A program made the position numbers and the translations under genes. Positions 28,401 through 40,400 of a stretch of 64,000 nt of DNA are shown here, piece after piece (the first letter of the stretch is position 1; every line of letters begins with the position of its first letter). The notes beneath the pieces are model-generated. The model searched no databases, was not told the DNA's origin, and was given only the letters and a program-made list of their open reading frames with translations. Source of the stretch: Scyliorhinus canicula (taxonomy: Eukaryota); assembly GCF_902713615.1 (NCBI RefSeq), contig NC_052164.1:79893830-79957829 (forward strand), written 5' to 3'.

Positions 28401-31400
28401 TATGTGACGTCAGCCGCGCATGCGCAGGTTGGCCGGCTCCAACGCGCGCATGCGCGGCTGATGTCACGACGGCTTATGGCTCAAACCCGCGCATGCGCGG
28501 TTGCCGTCTTCCCCTCCGCTGCCCTGCAAGACGTGGCAGCTTGATCTTGCGGGGCGGCGGAGGGGAAAGAGTGCGGCGCTTTGAGACGCCTGCCCGACGA
28601 TAGGTGGGCACCGATCGCTGGCCAGTCCCCTCCCGAGCACGGCCGTGGTGTCACTCCCCTCTCTGCCCCCCACAAGCTTCAAATGAGCATTTGGCGCCCA
28701 TGTTCACGACGGCAGCGACCAGGTATGGTTGCCGCCGCCATGATCCGGTCGGGAACGGCAGGCCGCTCGGCCCATTCGGGCCGGAAAATCGGCGGTCGCC
28801 GTGAAAAACGGCGAGCGGCGATTCTTCCGAGCAGGGGGTGGGAGATCGCGGGGAGCGTGTCGTGAGTCGCCCGGCCCTCCCGCGATTCTCCCACCCGGCG
28901 TGGGGAGCAGAGAATCGCACCCCATACCTTTTCCACATTCGCCGCCCAGTAATAATACATCAGGTTTGGAAGACCCAAACCCCCTGCCTGTCTTCCTCTC
29001 TGCCAGTACCTTCGCCAATATCTTTGCGTCCATGTTTAAAAGTGAGATGAGCCTTTCTGACCCACACTCCGTCGAGTCCTAATCTTTCTTAAGTAACAAG
29101 GAAATCGATGTCTGCTCCAAGGTTTGTGGTAACACCCCCTTCCCTATCGCCTCCTCAAACATCCCCACCATCAGCGGTACCAGCTTATTTTTGAATTTTT
29201 AATAATATTCCACCGGAAACACATCCAGCCCTGCCACATTCCCCGACTACATCCTCCCAATCGCATCTTTAATCTCCTGCTCCATTATCGCCCCCTCTAA
29301 TGTAGCCCTGTCCCCCTCCCCTAACCTCGGGTACTCAGCACAGCAGGATTATTACTCAAATATCTCGCGTATCTGTGCAATGTGTCACAAGTTGTTAGGC
29401 AGTAAGGTCATTTTGACAAATTAAAATATAGCCTATCTTCTGTTGGAATCTTTCTAAATTGGACTGTAATTGGGTACAAAAATCATCAAGAGACTCCAAC
29501 CTTGACACCTTTATATTTATCCAGATGTGCTTCCATCATACTTCATAATAGCCTCAAATTTGGATATTTCTGGCAAGTGTTCATCAGCTTGGCTGTCAAC
29601 CACCAGATATTCCTTTTCCAGCCACATTTTCTCATATCGAGATGATATTTGGCACTAAGGACAATTCCAGACTCCTCTCCTCCTCTAATGCATCTCTGAC
29701 CTGCCTGCCATACATGCGCCACCGCTATAAATATGTAGTATGAGGAACTGATAGACTTCATTAAGCCCAAAACCAAGGCTATCCACACAGGCAGGTTCTA
29801 GAGAGCAGGAATGGATGTAACAGACCAAGCATCTCCTTCTGTGCTGTATAGACTCTATGACACGACAGTGACCACTTCCTCCACCCACCTATCTGCTTCC
29901 TGCCCTCTCAACTCCGTATTCAGTCTCCCGAGAGAGAGAGAACTTGGTCAGTGAGCCCTCAGTTACCCCATGTACTGTTAATTGTCACCAAGCCCCTATT
30001 CCACATTATTCATAAAGCACTCATTCTCTTCATGGAAACTCCTTGATTCCCTTTTTGCCCGAGCTCCTTACTAGCCAATTTCTCAATGATCACTGATATC
30101 AATCTGATGGCATCTTCTGCCAGACTTTCAGACTATTTTTAAACTGTTACTGTCACATTCTCTCATGAAACACAGTCATCAACCCATGCGCTCTCTTAGT
30201 GATGTTATATCTTCAAGACATTATCTCTTTCCAAAGTTTATTGCTGAATAAGAAGAACTGCCTACATGTGAAGTACTTTATAGAAATGCAAGGGGTAGCA
30301 TGGTGGTTAGCATAAATGCTTCACAGCTCCAGGGTCCCAGGTTCGATTCCCGGCTGGGTCACTGTCTGTGCGGAGTCTGCATGTCCTCCCCGTGTGCGCG
30401 TGGGTTTCCTCCGGGTGCTCCGGTTTCCTTCCACAGTCCAAAGACGTGCGGGTTAGGTGGATTGGCCATGCTAAATTGCCCGTAGTGTCCTAAAAAGTAA
30501 GGTTAAGGGGGGGGGTTGTTGGGTTACGGGTATAGGGTGGATGCGTGGGTTTGAGTGGGTTGATCATTGCTCGGCACAACCTCGAGGGCCGAAGGGCCTG
30601 TTCTGTGCTGTACTGTTCTATGTTCTAAGTTGGTATTTTAGGAACCAGGATTTTAAAGTTGGGCTTGGACTTTGTGTTAAAAAGCTATTGACATTCTTTG
30701 AGGAAGTTTTGAGAAGATTCTTAAAATAGTCTCTTCCCAAATCCTATCCGATTGATTGCAAGGAGTATTCCCCACACAACAATTGTGAAACATATACTGC
30801 CATCCAAACTACTGTGATGTTTCTTTCTGGGACTATTTTACCTGCATTTCTATTGTTATTGGGCAACTTCAGGCTAATTCAAATATGTGACATATGTGTC
30901 GTATAATGTGAGTTGATAAGCTTGTTTATAAAGGACAGGCTTACAATTTCATCACACTGTGACTCTTTACTGTCATGTGAAATTAAATCATGGTTATATT
31001 AGAAGATGTTGAACATTTAGCCACAAAATCAAGTTTGGGAGGGTTTTTTTCGTAACCAATTGACCATTATAGTTATCAAAGAGGAGCACTAATTCGGTGA
31101 GGCTATAATATCAGAAAACTCCCTTCTGATCCAAAGGATGCATTGGTTGCTATCTTTTTCATTGTATTCTAGGTCCCTGTGACACAGGATATTATTGTCC
31201 TACTGGCAGTGTTGAGCGTGCACCAGACCCTTTCACGTGTATTGCTGGCCATTATTGTCCTGAGGGATCGCCATCACCCAAGCCATGCCCTGAAGGAACA
31301 TACTCCAGTACCCCCAGGAATAAGGCACATGAAAACTGTCTGCAGTGTACACCAGGTATACAAATAATGCTCATCTCTTGAGTTGTTTAATGCACAAATT

Positions 31401-34400
31401 TTAAATGGATATTGCCTACTTCAAAATTATTCACAAGCTTGCAAAAATCTGTTTGTGCTAAGCATACTTTTACTCATCAGTTAATGATGGTTGCTTCAAG
31501 TATCTGCTATATCTGAAGCTAAGAAATGCACATACAGGGCTACAGGGGGAATCTGGGGGAAAGGGGCTAGTTGTGTTCCTCTTGCAGAGAATTAGCAATG
31601 ACATGTTAAGCTGTATGTCCTCCTTCTGCACTTTAACCATTTATTTGCTTCTACTAAACGTATCGTCTGCTAAGCTAACGTTTTCCAGTATTTGAGTGAA
31701 ATAGATCCTGATGGCTTTCTTTTGTTAGGATTCTTCTGCGAAGGCATTGGGCTGCTTCACACTACAGGTCCCTGTTTATCTGGTTACTACTGCCCAGAAG
31801 GCCAGAGTTCTCCTACCACAGCAGACTTTTTATGTCCTGCTGGGTCGAGGTGTCCAGCAGGAAGTCCCAGTCCTGACCCCTGTCCAAAAGGTAAAATGCT
31901 CCTTTTAAAAACCTATTCGGTAATGTAGCAATTGTGAATTTTACAAATTGCTTTTTTTATTTTCTCTTCTCACCCGAGTTATCATTGCCATACTTTCTAC
32001 CACTTTCTCCATCTACTTTTTCTACTAGATAAAGTTAGCTATGCCTTTAATCATGCTTGATGGCAGGCAGTGACAGATCGTCTGTTTTCCCTCTCCTAAC
32101 TTCAGAAATCCAGTGTGTATTCTGGAGATGACCAAACTCATCAATTATGTCATTCAATCTTTCTGTTTCATCAATGCAGCCATAAGGAGGATTTTCCTGG
32201 TCCCTGCCCAATTGTATTGGATCATCTGGACACGGTGAATGCAGAACAATTCAGTAGGGAGGTGTCCACATCTGGAAAAAAGTCCACCAATGGCTGGAAA
32301 AGCAAAGGCACTTCATGAAAGACAGATATGCCTTCTGCCTGATTTTCATAAGTTCATAAGATATAGGAGCAGAATTAGGCCATTTGGCCCATTGAGACTA
32401 CTCCACCATTCGATTATGGCTGATCTCATCCTGGCCTTAACTCCACCATCCTGCCCATTCTCTAAATCCCTTCAACCCTTCAACCCATTACCAATTAAAA
32501 ATCTTTCGAACCTTCAACCTTCATGGTTAAGTCATTTTAACCAAAATCTGTACAAATACAAACTTCTCCTTACATCTATTCGCTGCCCCAGCATCCACTG
32601 CACTCTGGGGTAATGAATTCCACAGGTTCACAACCCTTTGGGAGAAATAGTTTCTCATCAACTCAGATTTATATTTGCTATCTGTTGTCCTAAGACAAAG
32701 ATCGCTCATTCCAGAATGCACCACAAGAGGCACCCGGGTGATCTCCACCTATTTGAGCATTTTGCCTTTTCTAGCTTCTACTTTCTTTCACCTTCCCAGC
32801 ACCCTTTCTTGACTACTTCTACAAAATATTTTCATTAGTTTGACTTTAAAACCACTGCTGGAAATGCATTGGAATGCCATTCCATAAAACAAATTCTTCT
32901 GGCCCTGTCCCCACTTTAGGCTTCTACTATTACATCTTAAATAGACTTCTACTATTCCACGCTAAATTTAAGCCTCTTGCTACTAATTCTCTAACAAGTA
33001 AGAATAATCTTTCAGTGTTTACCTGTTTACACAGTCCATGGTGGTGAAGATATTTCTGGACGTACTGTTAAGCAGGATGTCCCAAGATGTTGATCCAATG
33101 ACAATGGAGCAATATCGATATGTATCCAAGTAGGGATGCTGTGTGATTTGGAAGGATTTCATGAACCTGCTGCCATTGTCTTTCTAAGTAAGAGTATTGA
33201 TTCTTGGTTGTGCTGCCAGGATAATTTGGTCAACTCAACTCCAAGGGTAGCTATCTGGAACCATGAGAATTTGCTGGGTTCCCTTTATCCCACATCAGCA
33301 GTGTGTTGAGCAACACAACTTGGATTCTTTATTTAAGACTTTTTGATTCTTTCTTAAAGGTTTTTCATTCCTAGATAGTAATACCAGCACCAATTTTTGT
33401 GATCAATAGGTTTCTATCAAGCACGGAAAGGCCAGCCTGACTGCAATGCTTGTCCTGCTGGAAGCTATTGCTACACACCTGAGTTGGAGAACTGGGGAGT
33501 GGAAGCCCCTCAGCGATGTCCACCTGGGCACTTCTGTCCACCGAGAACAGAATTCGCCACTCAGTACAAATGTCCCCGTGGAACTTTCAGCAACAAGGAA
33601 GGACTAACCTCAGCAGGTAAATACTTACTCCTCTTCAGATAGCCAGTATTCTGAAGAAATAACCAGTACTGTCACAGAAAACCGAGGTCAATGTGACATC
33701 ATGAGTGTGCCAGAAGGGCAAGAAATAAATAAAGTGCTTGTCTAACGTAAAAACACTTACTTACGTTATATCTTTAAAAAAAATAAATTTAGAGTACCCA
33801 ATTAACGTTTTCTAATTAAGGGGCTATTTAGCGTGGCCAATCCACTGACCCTGCACATCTTTTGAGTTGTGGGGGCGAAACCCACGCAAACACGGGGAGA
33901 ATGTGAAAACTCCACATGGACAGTGATCCAGAGCTGGGATCGAACCTGGGACCTCGGCGCTGAGAGGCAGTAATGCTAACCACTGCGCCACCGTGCTGCC
34001 CTCTTATGTTATATCTCATCTAGATTAATGTTTGTCAAATTTCTCCTTTCCTTTCCTTGAAGATATTGGTTTGAGTTGCATTAAGCTGCCAGCTGGAGTC
34101 AGGTAAAGTTGAACTTACCAGCAGTAGCTGGGTCTGAGTCCATTGAGGTGATTCCCAAAGGGGAACAACATGTGGCCTGTGATTTGATGTATGGTTATTG
34201 AGGCTTCGTATTTCTCAGTGTGTTCCCTGCAAACACTGCTTCCTACCAAAGGTGCTGCATCTGGAAATCGGGTCTGGTATGTTCAATTGTTTGTTTCCTG
34301 TAGACATTCCAAATATTATTCTGTTCATTGGTCCTGAACATTCAAGTACTAACACTAAGAGCAATGGGACAATCACATGCCACATCTCCTCTTCTCGGAG

Positions 34401-37400
34401 CCGTCTTTAACTACACCCTGTGCCGTCTTGTGTACAAATACACAATCTGGAATGAAAGAATTATATTTAAAGAAATACGTTCCTCTGATTCTAGCCGAGT
34501 GCGATCTGTGTCCACCGGGCCAGTTCTGCAGCCAAGAAGGCCTGGTTAAATCCTCTGGTTCCTGTTTTCCTGGTTTTTATTGCCTCAGAGGAGCAATGTA
34601 CCCGAATCCAAATGATGGCATCACTGGTGATATTTGCCCAATGGGCAAGTACTGTGAAGCAGGCTCCACTGCAGGTAAGAACCCTTCATGGTTAAGTCCT
34701 TTTAACCAAAATCTGTACAAATATACCTTAGAATAAGCCATTATGTATAGGTTGTGGACGGTAGTCTGGCAGTTGTGGATCTAACTACATGGGTGAATAA
34801 ATGTTCATCTTGTTTTCTTCTCATGAAGTAGGAAAGTGCAGATGAGCACTTTTCCAAATAAATGTCTCCAGATTGTGAAGCATTTACGCAAAAGAGTGAA
34901 TTACCTTTTCCTGCCCAAAATGGTGTTAATGAACTGCTAAGTGTTAAAAGGAAGAGCAAGGGCTTATCAACAGTAATATATCAACAGATGAGCCGCTACT
35001 TGTCACAGCTTGCATTCCCATAAGGCACATCAACACGACTCTAAAATGGTTACACAAAGGAATAGCTCTTAACATAAGTACCTTGCCTCTTATTGCTTTG
35101 CTTAAATATTTATAGGTGCTCCATTAAAGACACCAATGATGTTTTCCTTTGGTAGCACATTTGATTTACATGTGTCTTTTCTTACCTTGGGACTCCATTC
35201 ATCAGTGTGGACTACATTTGATTTGATTTATTATTGCCACATGTATTAGTATACAGTCAAAAATATTGTTTCTTGCATGCTGTACAAACAATGCATACCA
35301 TACATCGGGAAGGAAGGAGAGACTGCAGAATATAATGTTACAGTTGTAGCAAGGTGTTGAGAAACGATCAACGTAATCCGAGATAGATCCATTCAAAAGT
35401 CTGATGGCAGCAGGGAAGAAGCTGTTCTTGAGTTGGTTGGTACGTGACCGCGAACTTTGGTATCTTTTTCCTGACGGGAGAAGGTGGAAGAGAGTATGTC
35501 CGGGATGCGTGGGGCCCTTAATTACGCTGGCTGCCTTTCTGAGGCAGCGAGAATTATAGATAGAGTCAATGGATGGGAGGCTGGTTTACGGGATGGACTG
35601 GGCTACATCCACAACCTTTTGTAGTTTCCTGTGGTCTTGGGTAGAGCAGGCTCCGTACCAAGCTGTGATACAACCAGAAAAAATGCTTTCCATGGTGCGT
35701 CTGTAGATGTTGGTGAGGGTCGTAGAAATGTCATAGATATATGGAATAAAATGTAAAGGCATGGACGGGATTTTCCGTGCCGAAATCGCGATCAGTACGG
35801 GGGTGGAGAATGGGCATTGACACCGAAATCCGGTGCGACGCCACTCCTGTAATTCTTCGGTCCCCAGACAATCGTCGCGAATCACACGCATGCGGTCTGT
35901 GTGGCACGGGTAGGGGGCCATTGACAGAGCCCCCCCCCTAGTGATTCATGTACGGCAACTGGCTAAGTTCCCGACGGCGTGGTTCTGATCACGTTTTACC
36001 TGTCGGGAACAGCCGCCCTAGTGAGGGGCCTCGCGGATGGCCAGGCTAGTGATCGGGGGCCAGCGACCCACGGGCACGCGCGATCTGGGGGGGGGGCTAT
36101 ATTTTTGTTGCCGGTCCGCGGTGTGAGTCCGCCATGTCACGCGGGGCGGCCGGCGAAGGCCGTTGCTGTGCGCATGCGCAGACTCCTGACTGGAAGTGCA
36201 GGGCCCCGTATCAGCAGCCAGAGCTGCGAGGAGTATCTGCGGCCCTGCTAGCCCTCTTCAGGTAGAAGAATCATTCTGGACTTTCTTCAGGAAAGTACAG
36301 AGTGAAACGCCCGCTTTTTGATGCTGGAGTGGGGACTTAGCCCCATTATTGGAGAATCAAGCCCATTGAAAAGGAATGGCTGTGCAGATCCATACAGTGA
36401 AACACTCATCATATTATTCAATCTGTTTGAATAGAAGATCATTATATTGGGGCAGATATTACGGCCTTGACATGACGCACAGCCTTAATGAAGGAAAATG
36501 CCGCTTTGAGAATTGGGCACACTGGCCAGTACACCTGATTATTAGTGTTTTTGTTTTTCCATTCATTAAAATACATTCCCAGAAAGCTGACAGGTTAAAA
36601 ATCGGCCTCCGTTGTTAATTTTCTGATCTGTGCTCCCATCAAGCAAAACCTTTGGTGGGATTGAAGGCTAGTAAAATCTACCCCAATGAGCCAACAAATA
36701 GAGACCTTTTAATCTGAATCACCAACGTAATCAGTGAATTTGTTTTTTGAAAAACAGGTGTTGATTGTCCAGTTGGTCGTTACGGCAATAAGACTGGATT
36801 GGCCTCTCTAGATGATTGTACCCTTTGTGACCCTGGGTTCTACTGTGGCCATCCTGGATTGACGGCCCCTCAAGGTCCATGTGCGGCAGGATATTACTGC
36901 AAGCTAGGTAACTGAGCAGACTTTAGCATTTTTTCTTTGACTGTGGACTAAGTTGACAAGATCACATTTTCAGCCATCCCCGAGTTGGCAGTTGCACAAT
37001 GGATTGGTTGCTGGGTAACCTCAGCGAGCATTTTAAAGTAAATCACGTGGTGGAGAATTTTATCCAACCTTCCAGCTTCTTCTAGTTTTAACAGGATGAA
37101 AGCAATCTGCCTGCTCCCAGAAAAGAGGGTTGGCAATTTAAATATTATAATAAGGCCACCTGCTTCATATGCCACAAAAAATGTTATCCTGACCAGCTGA
37201 GTTTTCTGAGCCTTGGAAAACCCAGTAACTAGAGATAAATGAGGAATGCTGGACACAGCAGGTAAGTGCCAATTCCACTTATCTGCTTGGTCTGGTTTAC
37301 CTGCTTCACCCACCCATCTGATGTTGCAATATGTCTTTAAGGGATATCAGCATCACATCACCGGAAGGGAAATGTCCCATGTGATCCAGTTTTAGTTTCA

Positions 37401-40400
37401 CTTTTGCTTTGAGCAGAGCACACACATAGGCTCACAGCTTTGATGTTTTAAAAGTTTATACCTATGTCTAACTGTTCTCAAGCGCCTCCTCTTAATAAAT
37501 GAACCCAAAGTGTGCTTTACTTACAAGCGTTTAGTGCATATGAATTCTCGCCTTGACTCCATTTATTTTCCCAGTTCTTCCTGGAAAACATCTTGGTACT
37601 TGCTGATCTTAAGCCTGCCCCCTGCTTTGATGCTAATAATCTCCAGCCAATTTACTTTGATCTCCTGGAACCCCATTAAGTTTGGACTCTGACCAGCCTC
37701 CATGACTAAAGAAAGCTGAGCGGATTTCTGTCGATAGCTCACTGGGGTCACCGTTGTGCCGATTATCTTTATGGCTCCCCCCCCCCCCCCCCCCCCCTAT
37801 ATTACGTCAGCCTGGTCCCAGTGTTCTTCAACCTCTGGGTGGATTCCTTCTTGAAGGTACCAGTCGTCTGCTCCCCCACCATGTGGCTGAGGACCCAATG
37901 TCCACTTCCATCCATAAAATCCGTCCGTTTACCTTTAACTCCACTGTGATTGGGTCCACTTTGCTCGTTTTTACATTACTGACAAACTTCCTGCTCTGAC
38001 TCAGAACCATCTTCCAAATAGTATACTGATGCTGTTCTGATTGATCTGTGAGCGCTAGGCAGGAAGGCTCTGCTTATACTTTCAAAAATGTCTTGCATGT
38101 CCTTTTTTTCCCCACACCTGCCATATTCAGTTTACCTAAATCTGCATACATCTGAGGTGGCTTCCCCCACATGTGTAACACTCTGCACACTCTGGGTCCA
38201 TCCTAGGCTGTGAGTTTAATCTTCGATACCTTCTCGCTCTTCCAATTCTATATTCATTTCCTTGCTTGGGCCAGCGCCTTCACTCTTGGTGCCACTATTG
38301 CTTGTGATTTCCTGCCCTAACTGATGGACTTCACTGCTCAAAAAGCTTTAACTCCTAGATTTACCATTTGTATCACTTTTCCCTATGCTTTCCATCACTA
38401 AAGCAATCTCCAATGCATTTTTAAAATCTACTTCTGATTCTGCCAAAAACTTCTTTTGTGTGGCTTCATTGTTTACACCACAACTAAATGATTTTTTTTA
38501 GCATCTCATTAATATAGTCCCAAGGTTGCAATGCTCCACAATCTTCTTTAACCTCGCCACAATGGTCTCACCTGGGTCTCGCCCGGTCAAATTAAATTTG
38601 AAGCATTGTAAATTACTCGGGGCTTGAAGTGGGAGTGCCCTTTGGAGTAACGCTATGATCTCTGCACATATTTTGGCACTGGGGACACTAAGCTTCGAAT
38701 CAAAGAGTATGGCTGTGCCCTACACACAGTTAACAAAATTACTCTCTGCTTCTTCTCCCCCTTTATTTCATTTTCACGAAAAATGAATTTTAAGCGTTCC
38801 GCATACTTACGCAATCTTCTGCAGCAGGATCGAATGCCTCTAATTTCCCAAAAAGAGACATTTCAGCTGTTCTCTCTCTTGCAGCCAGGACTTGTTTGGA
38901 CTTTACTGCAACTCTTGCAATCAAACTATTTCCACAATGTTTTGCAATCTGGAACATATTGTATGTTTAATTATCCACTTTCGAGTTCTTTTTTGATGAT
39001 ACCAAAAGTTGTTAATTGATTAAGATTCCAATGCATTGTTCAATTTTCTCAGGTGCTCAAACACCCAATCCAGATAATAAGACTTACGGTGTCATTTGTC
39101 CTGCTGGATATTACTGCGTGAGTGGGACTATGAGGCCAGTTCCATGTCCAATTGGGACATACAATCCTTCAACAGGTATGAATAATTTGTATATCTTAAG
39201 ACAAAACCATGTTCTACGTTTTGATAAATTAAATGAGAGTTTTCTCTATATACAACATTGATAAAGAGAGCGTTTATTTTCACGAAGTGGATGCAATTTT
39301 CCCTCCCTGTTCACTATAGTGGTATCATAGAAATAATTAGACTATAAATGTCCTTATTGTTGTTTTTGGTCTTGTTTGTAGTAGTGGTGGATGATGGAGA
39401 CAATGCCATTAGCAGACTCGATCGTTTATTGAACATTATGATTACTATTTACAAAGTAGACTCTGCATGAGGCTCTATGCTCTGTCATTGTGTGACGTTG
39501 CGTCATTGATGATCGACACCCTGAGCTAGTCAATTCCAGACCCACGTGCCCCGGAGTCACAACACCAGTAAATTAACCAATAATTCTTATAAAAATATCC
39601 GAACCGTTGGCCCGTGGCTGCCCTATAATTACAGTCATCAGGTTTGTAAATGTAAATTACTGTTTATTTATAACAAAAATTACAATGAAATATGAAACTA
39701 GTACAACTGTTTAACAATTAACTAATACCTAATTCCCAATTTAACTTGCCCCCACCTTTATATATACACACACACCCGCAAGGCAGACAAACACAGGGGG
39801 GTGGAAAGGGGTAAAAATCATAAGTTAAAGGAAAAATGGGGCAGGATTCCCTGATGGCGAGTCAGAGTGTCCGCACCGTCGTGAATGCCGTCGCGTTTCA
39901 TGACAGTGCGAATGGGCATCGATTCAGGCCCCGAAAAGGGACAAGCAATTGGGCCATGGGAAACACAGTGCGCATGGTGCCAGAGCGAAGCCGTTATCGC
40001 GCGATGCCTGGATGACGTAGCGCCGCGTCATTTTATATGTGCAATCCACGCACAGACCCCGACGCAGAGAAATGGCTGCACCCCGTCGTTTCGCCCCCAG
40101 GTTACGGAAACTGGATGCAGTGGAAGAGCGGAGGGCGATCCTGTGCCCAAGACATGGCCACCGGCACGCAGCTAGCACAGTCGGGCACAACTGGCGTGAT
40201 GTGGGCATTTCGGTTAGCGCTGTGCGGCATACCACATGTTCTGGAGAGCAGTGCTGCAAGAAGCTCCACGACTCACGAGGGCAGCTAGGGTAAGTACCCC
40301 GAGAGTTCCCCCGGACCACACCCTCCCCCTTTCTCCCCCCCCCTCCCCCACCTCCACATGTCGCAACCCCCCCCTGCCCACGCAGGAGGGGGGGGGGCAC

